Shown here: one piece after another, positions 26,726 to 36,644 of the stretch | How the letters are laid out: every line of letters starts with the position of its first letter | Position numbering within the stretch: position 1 is the first letter of the stretch | DNA from: an uncultured Desulfobacter sp. | GTDB lineage: Bacteria; Desulfobacterota; Desulfobacteria; Desulfobacterales; Desulfobacteraceae | Assembly (NCBI GenBank): GCA_963665095.1 | Contig: OY762069.1 | Coordinates: 3,904,001 to 3,968,000, forward strand | Direction of reading: 5' to 3' | Length of the DNA stretch: 64,000 nt | Notes under the pieces: generated by a model | Databases searched by the model: none | What the model was told of the DNA's origin: nothing | What the model saw: only the letters and a program-made list of their open reading frames with translations | Program-made: the position numbers and the translations under genes

Positions 26726-27751
26726 CTATGAATAAATACCGAACATGCAGGTTCCGCATTTCGGACATTGATTGGCCAATGTTAATAAATTTTCTACATT
26801 ATAGCCAAATCGTTTCACCACTGTTTGACCGCAGGCAGGACAGCAGGTGCTTTCCCTGCCGCCGGGCACATTGCCGGTATACACGTGATGAAGGCCTGCA
26901 GCAAGGGCTATGTCACAGGCATTTTCAAGGGTGGCCACAGGTGTCGGGCCAATCCGGGTCAGTTGATACGCCGGATGAAACCTGGAGAGGTGCCAGGGAG
27001 TGGAAGGGCCTAGCTCCCCTGCGATAAAGGCAGCCATCTCTTTGAGCTCTTCCGGGTCATCATTCAGTCCCGGGATCACAAGGGTGGTCACCTCCACCAT
27101 AATACCCAGATCCACCATGTGTTTCAGGGTCTGCTTGACCGGTTCAAGACGGCCATTGCAATACCGGGTATAAAACTCATTTCTGAACGCTTTCAGATCC
27201 ACATTGGCAGCATCCAGCACCGGGGCCGCCAGCTGCAACAGCTTGGGGCTCATGAACCCGTTGGTGACAAAGATATTGGCAAGCCCCTTTTGCCTGGCAA
27301 CTCGGGCTGTTTCCAGGGCCAGTTCAAAAAACACCGTGGGCTCGGTATAGGTGTAAGAGATGCTTTCACATCCAAGCACCAGGGCCTTTTCCACAATCAT
27401 TTCCGGAGCAAACCGTCTGCCGGAAAGGCGTCCCGGAAACCCGGCAGCAGCCATGTCTCCGGCCTGGGCAATATCGGAATTCTGACAGAACCGGCAACGG
27501 AAATTACACCCGGGCGTGGCAATGGAAAAGGATAAGGAGCCGGGTTTGAAATGGTAAATGGGCTTTTTTTCAATGGGATCAACACTTGCCGCCACCACCC
27601 GGTCATATACAAGGCAGAAAAGCTGCCCCTCTATATTCTGCCTGACCCCGCACAGACCTGTATGGCCCGGCTGGATGGTACAGAAATGGTTGCAGGCCAG
27701 GCATTTCACCACATCCCCGGGCAGGGATTCAAAAAGAAGGGCCTGTTTCAT
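26726..27751 (-). CDS. amrS: AmmeMemoRadiSam system radical SAM enzyme
   Basis: C..C.H.C, G.CGVR, DPIEKKPIYHF, GCNFRCRFCQN, YTYTEP. Confidence 0.92.
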   Translation of the reverse strand: MKQALLFESLPGDVVKCLACNHFCTIQPGHTGLCGVRQNIEGQLFCLVYDRVVAASVDPIEKKPIYHFKPGSLSFSIATPGCNFRCRFCQNSDIAQAGDMAAAGFPGRLSGRRFAPEMIVEKALVLGCESISYTYTEPTVFFELALETARVARQKGLANIFVTNGFMSPKLLQLAAPVLDAANVDLKAFRNEFYTRYCNGRLEPVKQTLKHMVDLGIMVEVTTLVIPGLNDDPEELKEMAAFIAGELGPSTPWHLSRFHPAYQLTRIGPTPVATLENACDIALAAGLHHVYTGNVPGGRESTCCPACGQTVVKRFGYNVENLLTLANQCPKCGTCMFGIYS

Positions 27752-28521
27752 TCTTCCGCCCTGAATCCTGATACCAGGCCGGTGGCGGGTTTGTAAATAT
27801 TCCGGTTCCGGATTTTCAGGGTCATGGGCCGGGTACGAAACTTAGGCACCGGCTTGATACGCATCCCAATAAAGCTGCCCCAATAGGACCACTGGATCAG
27901 GCTGAAATTTTCAACCCGGGACATGAGCGCTCCGGTCATATATGGGAACTGCACTGTGGTCCGCCATTTCACCGGCACTTTCCCCACAATGGCAGTCAGT
28001 ATATTTTTTAACTGCCAGACACTGAAAAAATGGGCATGGGCATACATATCCGGAAAAAAATAGCCTTTGATCCGTCGGCACATATTCTGAGGCGCATACC
28101 GGTTGTGGACGCCTATCACCACCTGTTCCCGGGCCACCCGACAGGCCTCTTCAATGGCTTTGGCCGGCCGGTCGGAAAACTCCAGACTGAAAAACAGTAA
28201 CGCCGTGTCAAAGGTGTTATCATCAAAGGGAAGGTCTTCTGCCGTACCCCGGTGCAGGTCAACCCGGTTTCCCAGCCGGACACCGGCCTTTTCCAGCATA
28301 TAGGGGGACGGATCAATGCCGGTCAGGTTCATGCCCAGGTCCACAAAGGGTTCCAGGCTCAAACCTGTGCCACAGCCAATATCCAGAAGACGCTTGCCCG
28401 GCAGGGGGCGGATCAGGGATTTAATGAGTTTGATTTCAAGGTCGAGGCAGTACCTGTGGCGGCCTTTTTCAAAAAAGGCATCATAGTCCTGGGCTGCCTG
28501 GAAATCAAACTCATATCCCAT
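27748..28521 (-). CDS. Class I SAM-dependent methyltransferase
   Basis: LLDIGCGTG, GIDPS..ML, AEDLPFDDNTFD. Confidence 0.92.
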   Translation of the reverse strand: MGYEFDFQAAQDYDAFFEKGRHRYCLDLEIKLIKSLIRPLPGKRLLDIGCGTGLSLEPFVDLGMNLTGIDPSPYMLEKAGVRLGNRVDLHRGTAEDLPFDDNTFDTALLFFSLEFSDRPAKAIEEACRVAREQVVIGVHNRYAPQNMCRRIKGYFFPDMYAHAHFFSVWQLKNILTAIVGKVPVKWRTTVQFPYMTGALMSRVENFSLIQWSYWGSFIGMRIKPVPKFRTRPMTLKIRNRNIYKPATGLVSGFRAEE

Positions 28522-28523
28522 AT

Positions 28524-29288
28524 TCAGGCCATACTTTCCAATATGTTGTCAATAACCTTATCCACAGCAACCACGGCCGGGGAGTCATCAGGCAAATCCA
28601 TTAAAGAGCGGCGCTCCATATCAAACTCAAGCAGGTTGGTATCATCCGGGATTGTTCCAATAATTGGCAGCCCAATGCTCTCCACCTCATCCAGAAACGC
28701 CTGGCTCAACTTTTCAGGGGCCCGGTTCACCACAAGCCCCTTGGCGGCCACGGTCAGTTTAAGGCCCTCCAGCATCCCGTTGATCCGGCCCACGGCCCGG
28801 AGTCCGCGCAGGGCATAGTCCGTAACCAGAATTAAATAATCCACTTTGCCTTTGGTTCTGCGGCTTAAATGCTCCATGCCGGCTTCATTGTCCACCAGCA
28901 TATATTTATAATTTTTCTCCAGCTCTTCGGCAAACCGATTCAGAATATTGTTGACCATACAGTAACAGCCCTGGCCTTCCTGACGGCCCATGACCAGGAG
29001 ATCATAGGTTTTCTGTTCTATGAGAACCTGGTTCATCAGCATCTCAAGGTACAGAGTCTTATCCATGCCGGAAGGAACGGCCTGGGGATCTTTCATGAAG
29101 TTTTCACGCACATCCCCCACTGTATTTTCAATCTTAAGTCCTAATGTCTCTCCGAGATTGGAATTTGGATCAGCATCAATGGCAAGAAGGGGCGAGCCCC
29201 CCTTTTTTGCGAAATATCGTGTCACCAGCGCGGAAACCGTGGTTTTTCCAACACCGCCTTTTCCGGCCAGGGCAATTACTTTACTCAT
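28524..29288 (-). CDS. cooC: CooC/AcsF-type nickel-insertion ATPase
   Basis: GKGGVGKT, IDADPNSNL, GCYC, VDNEAGMEHLSR. Confidence 0.9.
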   Translation of the reverse strand: MSKVIALAGKGGVGKTTVSALVTRYFAKKGGSPLLAIDADPNSNLGETLGLKIENTVGDVRENFMKDPQAVPSGMDKTLYLEMLMNQVLIEQKTYDLLVMGRQEGQGCYCMVNNILNRFAEELEKNYKYMLVDNEAGMEHLSRRTKGKVDYLILVTDYALRGLRAVGRINGMLEGLKLTVAAKGLVVNRAPEKLSQAFLDEVESIGLPIIGTIPDDTNLLEFDMERRSLMDLPDDSPAVVAVDKVIDNILESMA

Positions 29289-29434
29289 AGCAGCTCCTAA
29301 GGGGTTTAGTTCAATAGACCGGAAAAAGACCGGCCTTTCCATCGTCCATACTTCATCAACGCTATTAACATAACGCAATTGATGGAAAAAGCAATCAATC
29401 CGGAATAAAAAACAAAGAAGGGATTTAAAAGAAA

Positions 29435-30010
29435 TTATTCGTCCGAAACGGTCTGTTTTCTTTTCTTGTACCAGTCATACCCTTTATAAAGTTTATCCAT
29501 GCATTCAGGGCAGATGCCATGGGTAAAGGTCAGGTGGGAATGGGCCTCAAGATACCTGTCCACATCTTTCCAGAAACCTTGATCGTCTCTTATCTTTTTA
29601 CAGTGGGAACACATGGGCAAAAGGGCTCGAAGGGTTTTCAGTTCAATATGTGTCCTGATTCTGGCTAAAAGTTCTGCGGAATGAAAGGGTTTGGTGACAT
29701 AATCCACACCGCCCACATCAAATCCTTTGACAACATCCTGGGGATCGGTTTTGGCGGTCAGAAAAATCACGGGGATATGGCGGGTGGGAAGGATTGCTTT
29801 AAGTCCTTCACAAACCTCATATCCATCCATTTCAGGCATCATGACATCTAAAAGAATGAGATCCGGAATATCATTTCTGGCAAACTTCAACGCCTGTTCG
29901 CCATTCTGTGCCATGGCCACTTCATAACCGTTATTCGACAGCAACTTTCCAAGGAACTGAAGATTCTGAGGTTTATCGTCCACAGTGAGGATGAGGCTTT
30001 TATCGCCCAT
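29435..30010 (-). CDS. Response regulator with C-terminal Cys-rich (CxxC...HGICPEC) domain
   Basis: VDD, DLILLDVMMP.MDG, KPF; LPMCSHCKKIRD...THGICPEC. Confidence 0.92.
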   Translation of the reverse strand: MGDKSLILTVDDKPQNLQFLGKLLSNNGYEVAMAQNGEQALKFARNDIPDLILLDVMMPEMDGYEVCEGLKAILPTRHIPVIFLTAKTDPQDVVKGFDVGGVDYVTKPFHSAELLARIRTHIELKTLRALLPMCSHCKKIRDDQGFWKDVDRYLEAHSHLTFTHGICPECMDKLYKGYDWYKKRKQTVSDE

Positions 30011-30282
30011 GACAGTGCTCCAAATGAAAAAATTATGAAAAAAAAGTTATAATTATATAACGTTTATTTAATTTAAATGGATTTTTGTTCTGTTGCAAGC
30101 TGTTTCTAATCATTTAAATGAAAACATCCATTATAAGCTGGCAATGCATGGAATATAAAGGAGAATGAATGCCTCTCCGGATATTTTCACGCCCTGCGGT
30201 AACTGCGAAAACCAAAAACCAGAAAGCGAATTCTACCCCGGCATGTCTATTTTGTGCCGGATTCGTGCCGGAGCGGATATCC

Positions 30283-30408
30283 GTGTTTGGACGGCTAACT
30301 GCCCAGCTGCAAGGCGTGGGGCATTTTACAATCTGAATAATCTTTACGATGGAGAGGATTGTAAAATGCCCGGCAACGCCGCAGGTGGGTGACTTGCCCC
30401 CCAAACAC
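30283..30408 (-). repeat. ~125-bp palindromic intergenic repeat, copy R1
   Basis: GTGTTTGG...CCAAACAC arms; cores CCCAGCTGCAAGGCG and GCAACGCCGCAGGTGGG. Confidence 0.85.
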
Positions 30409-30411
30409 AAT

Positions 30412-30924
30412 TTAACCGCAGCTGCAGGAGCCGCAGCACCCTGAGTCACATCCACCGCCGCTTCCACATCCGCCTTCAGGCGCAGGGGGCTCAAGCCCGG
30501 TATCGGCAACGGTGATATCAAACACAAGGGTTTTGCCGGCAAGAAAATGGTTCACATCCATGGTTACCGACTCATCGGTCATGGCAGCGACCCGTGCCGG
30601 AACCGGCTGGCCCTGGGGGTTCTGAAGATAAAGCTCAAGCCCTTCGGACAAGGGCATATCATCCGGGAACTGGGCTCTGGGGATTTGCACCATGGCGTTT
30701 TCATCCCTGGGGCCATATCCCATTTCAGGCGGAATGGTAACGGTTTTAGATTCTCCCTTTTTCATACCGACCACGGCCTGGTCAAATCCCTTGATCAGCA
30801 TGCCGGCGCCAACCGTAAAGGTCAGCGGTTGTTTGCCTTCGGAAGAATCAAACACATCTCCGTCTTCAATTTTTCCCGTGTAGTCCACGGCAATGGTGTC
30901 CCCTGATTTAATTGCTTCTGTCAT
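30412..30924 (-). CDS. slyD: FKBP-type peptidyl-prolyl isomerase, SlyD-like, with Cys-rich tail
   Basis: VDYTG..EDG.VFDSS, PL.F.VG.G.LI.GF, D.NH.LAGKTLVF. Confidence 0.92.
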   Translation of the reverse strand: MTEAIKSGDTIAVDYTGKIEDGDVFDSSEGKQPLTFTVGAGMLIKGFDQAVVGMKKGESKTVTIPPEMGYGPRDENAMVQIPRAQFPDDMPLSEGLELYLQNPQGQPVPARVAAMTDESVTMDVNHFLAGKTLVFDITVADTGLEPPAPEGGCGSGGGCDSGCCGSCSCG

Positions 30925-31177
30925 AAACGTTTTTCCTTCCGGCCCGGTCCGATTTATATCGCCATGTCCCATATGAATCAGGTCCATATTGCTCCGGCCC
31001 GTTCCGTTGGTTCCGGGGGTACCCGGAAATTTTTGTATTTATCCCGGTCAGGGATATGCGCTACACCAAAACGCTAAACATAGGTCATAAACCGGGTGTT
31101 GTCCAAATATATTTATATTTTTTGATAATTAGGCTATGGTGCGTCAAAGAAAATTTATATTGATAAGGAGCATCATA

Positions 31178-31339
31178 ATGGAACTTTTAAAAATTATTGC
31201 AGCGATTATCCTGCCGCCTGTGGGGGTCTTTTTTCAGGTGGGTCTGGGAAAGCATTTCTGGCTTAATATAATCCTCACTATTCTTGGTTATATCCCAGGA
31301 ATAGTCCACGCAATCTGGGTAATAGCCAAAAACAAATAG
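31178..31339 (+). CDS. YqaE/Pmp3-family small membrane protein
   Basis: IILPPVGVF...FWLNIILTILGYIPGIVHA; AAGGAG RBS. Confidence 0.93.
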   Translation: MELLKIIAAIILPPVGVFFQVGLGKHFWLNIILTILGYIPGIVHAIWVIAKNK

Positions 31340-31462
31340 CGTTGCTTAAAAATCCACCCACCTGCGGCGTTACAAAAAAAATTACAATCCTCACAACCGA
31401 GAAGGTTGCTCCGATTGTAATTTTTTTTGTGCCTTGCATCTGGGCAGATTTTTAAGCAACGC
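31339..31462 (+). repeat. Palindromic repeat copy R2
   Basis: Arms GCGTTGCTTAAAAATC/GATTTTTAAGCAACGC; cores CCCACCTGCGGCGTT and GCCTTGCATCTGGG. Confidence 0.85.
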
Positions 31463-31487
31463 CCACTATTGTGACGTCAAACTAAAG

Positions 31488-31530
31488 CAGGGCAGATACC
31501 GGTTTTCCCGGTATCTGCCCTGTTGTTATT
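31488..31530. terminator. Probable intrinsic terminator between convergent genes
   Basis: 15-bp stem CAGGGCAGATACCGG/CCGGTATCTGCCCTG followed by T-rich sequence. Confidence 0.7.
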
Positions 31531-31612
31531 AGCCTTCAGATTTTTGTAGGATCCTTATTCTCTATAGACATTCATGTTTCTTGACGGCTAATTCATGCCT
31601 CAACGAGGATCC

Positions 31613-31739
31613 GTGTTTGGACGGCAAGTTGCCCAGATGCAAGGCGCAAGCAAAGCTGCAACCGCAAGCGTACTTCAGTACGTGAGGATTGCAGCTTTGT
31701 GCAGCAACGCCGCAGGTGGGTGACTTGCCGTCCAAACAC
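31613..31739 (-). repeat. Palindromic repeat copy R3
   Basis: Arms GTGTTTGGACGGCAAGT/ACTTGCCGTCCAAACAC; same conserved cores. Confidence 0.88.
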
Positions 31740-31742
31740 CGG

Positions 31743-33368
31743 TTAGCCCATGAACGGATAGGGGTAGTTCCGTGGTGGAACAAAGGTTTCTTTGATGGTT
31801 CTTGGAGAAGCCCAGCGGATCAGGTTCAGGTAGGAACCTGCTTTGTCGTTGGTGCCGGATTTGCGGGCGCCGCCAAAGGGCTGCTGACCGACCACTGCGC
31901 CGGTGGGCTTGTCGTTGATATAAAAATTGCCGGCTGTGTGCGTGAGGCGTGCCATCAGTTTGTTAACCACCTTGCGGTCTCTGGCAAAGATAGCGCCGGT
32001 CAGGGCGTATTCGCTGGTGTTGTCCAGGATGTCCAACGCAGCGTCCAGGTCTTTATCTTCATATACGTAGACGGTTACCACCGGGCCGAAAATCTCCTCG
32101 GCCATGGACTCATAGTCCGGGACCTTTGCCAGGATCACTGTGGGGTTCACAAAATAGCCTTTGGATTTATCCCTTTCTCCGCCGATGATCACCTCGGCAT
32201 CCTCAGAGGCTTTTGCCCTTGAGATATAGCCGTCAATGGTGTCAAAGGATTTTTCATCAATGACAGCATTGACGAAGTTGGTGAAATCGTTCACCGGACC
32301 CACTTTGATTTCGGCAATCTTTTCTTTGAGCTGGTCCTGAACCGCCGGCCACAAAGATGCGGGCATATAGACCCTGGAGCAGGCAGAACATTTCTGGCCC
32401 TGGAACTCAAAGGCCCCGCGCACAATACCTGTAACAAGCTCATCCACATCGGCTGTGTTATGGGCGAAGATGTAATCCTTGCCGCCGGTTTCACCCACTA
32501 TTCTGGGATAGGAAACATAGGTTTCAATATTTTCAGCCGCTTTTTTCCACAAATTCTGGAATACGGCGGTGGACCCGGTGAAATGCATGCCTGCGAAATC
32601 CTTGTGGGAAAACAGGATATCACCCATCTGGGAACCCCGGCCCGGGATGAAGTTGATGACCCCGGCAGGAAGCCCTGCTTCCCCAAGGATCTGCATCACA
32701 TAGTAGTTGGAAAGCACTGCGGTGGTGGCGGGTTTCCACACAATGGTGTTGCCCATCATGGCAGGCGTGGTGGGCAGGTTACCGGCGATGGCGGTAAAGT
32801 TAAACGGCGTCAATGCAAAGATAAACCCTTCCAGGGGGCGGTATTCCACACGATTGTATATGCCTCTTTCAGACATGGGCTGATTGGCGTAAATCTCTTC
32901 CATATAGGAGACGTTGAACCGCAGGAAGTCCACCAGTTCGCAGGTGGAGTCGATCTCGGCCTGAAACGCATTTTTAGACTGGCCCAGCATGGTGGCGGCA
33001 TTGATTTTTGCCGTATATTTGCCGGAAATCAGGTCAGCAGCCTTCAGGAAGATGGACGCTCTCTCCTGCCAGTCCATGGTTTCCCAGTCCGCCTTTGCGG
33101 CCAGGGACGCGTCCACGGCAGCCTTAATCTCCTTTTCCCCTGCCATGTGAACCTGGCCAAGGACATGGCCGTGGTCATGGGGGCAGACCACATTGCGGAC
33201 ATCGCCGGTTTTAATCTCTTCACCGTTGATAATCACCGGAATTTCCACCTGGGTGGCCATCTGGCGGCCCAGTTCAGCGGACAGAGCGCCTCTTTCCGGG
33301 CTGCCCGGCGCATAGGTTTTCACAGGCTCGTTATAAGGTTTGGGTAAGGTATATATGCTGTTTGCCAT
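31743..33368 (-). CDS. pruA: L-glutamate gamma-semialdehyde (P5C) dehydrogenase
   Basis: NEPV..YAPGS, TMLGQSKN..QAEID, PFNFTAI, GETGGK, FEFQGQKCSA, YINDKPTGAVVGQQPFGG. Confidence 0.95.
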   Translation of the reverse strand: MANSIYTLPKPYNEPVKTYAPGSPERGALSAELGRQMATQVEIPVIINGEEIKTGDVRNVVCPHDHGHVLGQVHMAGEKEIKAAVDASLAAKADWETMDWQERASIFLKAADLISGKYTAKINAATMLGQSKNAFQAEIDSTCELVDFLRFNVSYMEEIYANQPMSERGIYNRVEYRPLEGFIFALTPFNFTAIAGNLPTTPAMMGNTIVWKPATTAVLSNYYVMQILGEAGLPAGVINFIPGRGSQMGDILFSHKDFAGMHFTGSTAVFQNLWKKAAENIETYVSYPRIVGETGGKDYIFAHNTADVDELVTGIVRGAFEFQGQKCSACSRVYMPASLWPAVQDQLKEKIAEIKVGPVNDFTNFVNAVIDEKSFDTIDGYISRAKASEDAEVIIGGERDKSKGYFVNPTVILAKVPDYESMAEEIFGPVVTVYVYEDKDLDAALDILDNTSEYALTGAIFARDRKVVNKLMARLTHTAGNFYINDKPTGAVVGQQPFGGARKSGTNDKAGSYLNLIRWASPRTIKETFVPPRNYPYPFMG

Positions 33369-33450
33369 TTTTTTAATCCTCTTTATTCCAGGCCCGTGAT
33401 CAAAGATTTTGTCGTCCTTTGATCACGGACCTTGTTGTTGCGGGTTGCGG

Positions 33451-35016
33451 CTATCCGATGTTGAATTCAATCCCCTGGGCCAGCGGCAGTTCCTTGCCCC
33501 AGTTGATGGTGTTGGTCTGGCGTCTCATATAGGCTTTCCAGGCATCGGAACCTGATTCGCGGCCGCCGCCGGTCTCTTTTTCACCGCCAAAGGCTCCGCC
33601 GATCTCCGCACCGGAGGTGCCGATGTTGACGTTGGCAATACCGCAGTCAGAGCCCCTGTGGGAAAGGAACCCTTCCTGGTACTGCATGGAGGTGGTGAAT
33701 ACGGCGGAAGACAGCCCCTGGGGCACGCCGTTGTGCAGGGCAATGGCTTCGTCAAAATCACTGTATTCAATGATGTAAAGAATAGGCGCAAAGGTCTCTT
33801 CCTGGACAATGGAGAAGTCATTTTTCACTTCCGCCACGGCAGGCGTTACATAAAAACCGCCTTCGCAGCCTTCAACCATAGTGCGTTCCCCGCCGCAAAG
33901 TACGGTGCCGCCCAGTTTTTTAACCTCTTCCAGGGCCTGTTCCATGGCAAGGACAGCGCCTTCGTCAATGAGCGGACCCATGAGCGTCCCCTCATCCAGG
34001 GGATTGCCCACCTGCACCTGTTTGTATGCACTGACCAGATTTTCCACAAACGCCTCTTTTACGGAGGCGTGAACGATAATCCTCCGGGTGGAGGTACAGC
34101 GCTGGCCTGCAGTGCCCACAGCACCGAACAGGGTGGCCCGGATGGCCATATCCATGTCGGCATCTTCGGTCACAATAATGGCGTTGTTGCCGCCAAGTTC
34201 CAGGATGGTGCGTCCAAGACGACCGCCCACCACTTCACCCACCCGTTTGCCCATGGCTGTGGATCCGGTGGCGGAAATCAGTGGAATCCGGGTGTCGTGG
34301 AGCAAAGGTTCGCCCACATCGGTACGGGAACCGATCACCATGTTGAAAATGCCTTCAACACCGTATTTATCCACAACCGGTGCAAGAATATTCTGGATGG
34401 CAATGCCGGTGAGAGGGGTTTTTGAAGAAGGTTTGAACACGATGGCATCACCGCAGACCGCTGCAAGCAATGAATTCCAGGACCAGACAGCCACAGGAAA
34501 GTTAAATGCGGTAACCACGCCTACGATTCCTAAGGGATGCCATTGCTCGTACATCCGGTGCTCGGGCCGTTCAGAGTGCATGGTAAGCCCGTAAAGCTGG
34601 CGGCTTAAGCCCACGGCAAAATCAGCAATATCGATCATCTCCTGGACCTCACCCTCGCCTTCAGCCCGGATCTTGCCGACCTCAAGGGAAACCAGGGCAC
34701 CTAAAGCCTTTTTGTTCTCCCGCAGGGCATCCCCAATCTCCCGGACCATCTCGCCGCGCCGGGGGGCGGGCATCATGCGGAACGCTTTGAAAGCCTCTTC
34801 GGCTTTGGCCATCACAGCATCATAGTCTTTTCTTTCAGCCATCAGTACGCTGGCAATGGGTTTGCCGTTAATGGGGGAGTAGGAAACCAGCTCTTTGCCC
34901 TTGGTTTCAATCCAGCCCTTGGAACCGCCGGTGCAGGCACCGGAATTCACAGGCTTAATCCCTAAAGAGTCAAGAATTTGTTTTACTTCGGTATCAAATG
35001 TGTCACTCATGGTCAC
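33451..35016 (-). CDS. amaB: ALDH7-like aldehyde dehydrogenase (piperideine-6-carboxylate/aminoadipate semialdehyde)
   Basis: GEVQEMIDI.DFAVGLSRQLYG, AFNFPVAVW, ELGGNNA, GTAGQRCT, GTSGAEIGGAFGGEKETGGGRESGSD. Confidence 0.9.
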   Translation of the reverse strand: MTMSDTFDTEVKQILDSLGIKPVNSGACTGGSKGWIETKGKELVSYSPINGKPIASVLMAERKDYDAVMAKAEEAFKAFRMMPAPRRGEMVREIGDALRENKKALGALVSLEVGKIRAEGEGEVQEMIDIADFAVGLSRQLYGLTMHSERPEHRMYEQWHPLGIVGVVTAFNFPVAVWSWNSLLAAVCGDAIVFKPSSKTPLTGIAIQNILAPVVDKYGVEGIFNMVIGSRTDVGEPLLHDTRIPLISATGSTAMGKRVGEVVGGRLGRTILELGGNNAIIVTEDADMDMAIRATLFGAVGTAGQRCTSTRRIIVHASVKEAFVENLVSAYKQVQVGNPLDEGTLMGPLIDEGAVLAMEQALEEVKKLGGTVLCGGERTMVEGCEGGFYVTPAVAEVKNDFSIVQEETFAPILYIIEYSDFDEAIALHNGVPQGLSSAVFTTSMQYQEGFLSHRGSDCGIANVNIGTSGAEIGGAFGGEKETGGGRESGSDAWKAYMRRQTNTINWGKELPLAQGIEFNIG

Positions 35017-35144
35017 CTCCTGATTAAGTTATTTATAATGATAATTAATAGTTGAGATATATTATTGTAATATACCCATAAAAAGATTAAAGTAAAATTC
35101 ATAATACTTGTTGTTAATATGAAAATGATTCATACTTCAACATT

Positions 35145-36041
35145 ATGGACCTTTACCATCTAAAGACCTTTTACATCCTGGCCAGGGAAAAGAACTTTAC
35201 CCAGGCTGCCCAGCGGCTGTTCGTTACCCAGTCGGCGGTCAGCCACGCCATTAAAAAACTTGAAGCGTCCCTGGATACCTCCCTGATCACACGTCAGGGC
35301 AGAACCCTGGACCTGACCCCGGCCGGCCGTACATTGTTCCGCTCCTGCGAAAAAATTTTTTATGAGATTGAAAAGGCAGATCAGGATATCTCCATCTACC
35401 GGGAAAAGGCGGCGTTCACCATCCGCATCGGCTCCACTGTGGAATTCGGCACTTCCATTCTGATCAACCACATCAGACCGTTTCTCGATACCCATCCGGA
35501 GATCCATCTGGACTTTCATCTCTCTTCAAAACTTGACATGCCGCTGAGCCGGGACGAGGTGGACCTGATTATTGACTGCAAGGCCCATGATCTGCCCAAC
35601 CTTGAAACCATTTACCTGTTCCAGGAGCAGTATGTCACCATTGCCTCCCCGGACTTTCTTGCGGCCAACCAGATCACCGGCATTGACGACCTGGCCAAAG
35701 TAAATCTTTTGTCCAATGACAAGCAGCTGGCATGGTGGCGCAACTTTATTACGGCCATCCCGCCGGAAAAAAGCTTTGACCTTAAAAATGTCACCCAGAT
35801 CAACCATATCAGGGGCATTATCAACGGCGCCATGTCAGGCCTGGGGATCGGATTTGTGCCAAAATACACAGTGATAAAAGAACTGGAGCAGGGCAGTCTG
35901 GTAGATCCGTTTCCGGATATCCAGCCCAATGCAGACCATTTCAATATTTTTATAAAGAAAGAAAAACTGGAATTTAAAAAAAACAAGGCCCTTATTGAAT
36001 ATCTGACCAGAATCAAGCCAGAGGAATTTGGTGTGGGCTGA
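35145..36041 (+). CDS. LysR-family regulator, divergent from amaB-pruA
   Basis: NFTQAA.RLFVTQSAVSHAIKKLE, LTPAG. Confidence 0.95.
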   Translation: MDLYHLKTFYILAREKNFTQAAQRLFVTQSAVSHAIKKLEASLDTSLITRQGRTLDLTPAGRTLFRSCEKIFYEIEKADQDISIYREKAAFTIRIGSTVEFGTSILINHIRPFLDTHPEIHLDFHLSSKLDMPLSRDEVDLIIDCKAHDLPNLETIYLFQEQYVTIASPDFLAANQITGIDDLAKVNLLSNDKQLAWWRNFITAIPPEKSFDLKNVTQINHIRGIINGAMSGLGIGFVPKYTVIKELEQGSLVDPFPDIQPNADHFNIFIKKEKLEFKKNKALIEYLTRIKPEEFGVG

Positions 36042-36056
36042 GAATGGAATGAACGC

Positions 36057-36524
36057 ATGCAAATATATAATGATATAAAAAACCACGGCCTGCTCAACCA
36101 GCTGGCCCGGTACATTGAAGAAAGAAATGCCATATTTATTGTAGCCCATGGCAAAATTGAGAATCGGGCATACGCAGATTTTACCACTGAGGCTTTTTCG
36201 CAGATCATACAGGATCTTGGCGGCTGCAGCCTCTTTCTTGTCAACCAGGCAGGACTTTCACTGTCATCGCCTTTTCTGGCGGCAGAGGTGGAAACAGCCA
36301 CCCGGACCGCATCGCTTAAGTTCCTTGTGGATCTGACTCCCCAGGCGGAAAACGGGCATGCAAGTCCATTTTATTCCAAATTGACCGGGGCTGTGGCCAC
36401 CCAGTTTTTTGCCGGCACAGACCAGGCAGACCGGCTGTGGGTACCATTTTCCCTTGAAAAGACCGTGGGCAGGGGCGTCCTGCTGGAACCGGCTGAAAAC
36501 GGCCACTTTCTGGTAAGGGCATAA
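36057..36524 (+). CDS. Hypothetical protein
   Basis: 155-aa ORF directly after the LysR gene. Confidence 0.65.
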   Translation: MQIYNDIKNHGLLNQLARYIEERNAIFIVAHGKIENRAYADFTTEAFSQIIQDLGGCSLFLVNQAGLSLSSPFLAAEVETATRTASLKFLVDLTPQAENGHASPFYSKLTGAVATQFFAGTDQADRLWVPFSLEKTVGRGVLLEPAENGHFLVRA

Positions 36525-36644
36525 AGAAAAATAACCGGTTGTCCGTCACCATTTCTTTATAAGAGTGTCCCTGGGAGCTGAATTATTTTCATGCGTTACT
36601 GCAGATCAGGCCTGGAGTGTAACCGTTACATGGAAAAAAAATGT

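Noticed and set aside
30283..31739. CRISPR array or additional attC sites from clustered palindromic repeats
   Set aside because: Dispersed ~125-bp elements with no repeat-spacer periodicity, next to core genes, lacking the R/L box layout of attC1/2
31562..34594. Long + strand ORFs opposite pruA/amaB (31689-32222, 32460-33347, 33658-34425) and ORFs over the repeats
   Set aside because: Antisense shadows of well-supported genes; no motifs
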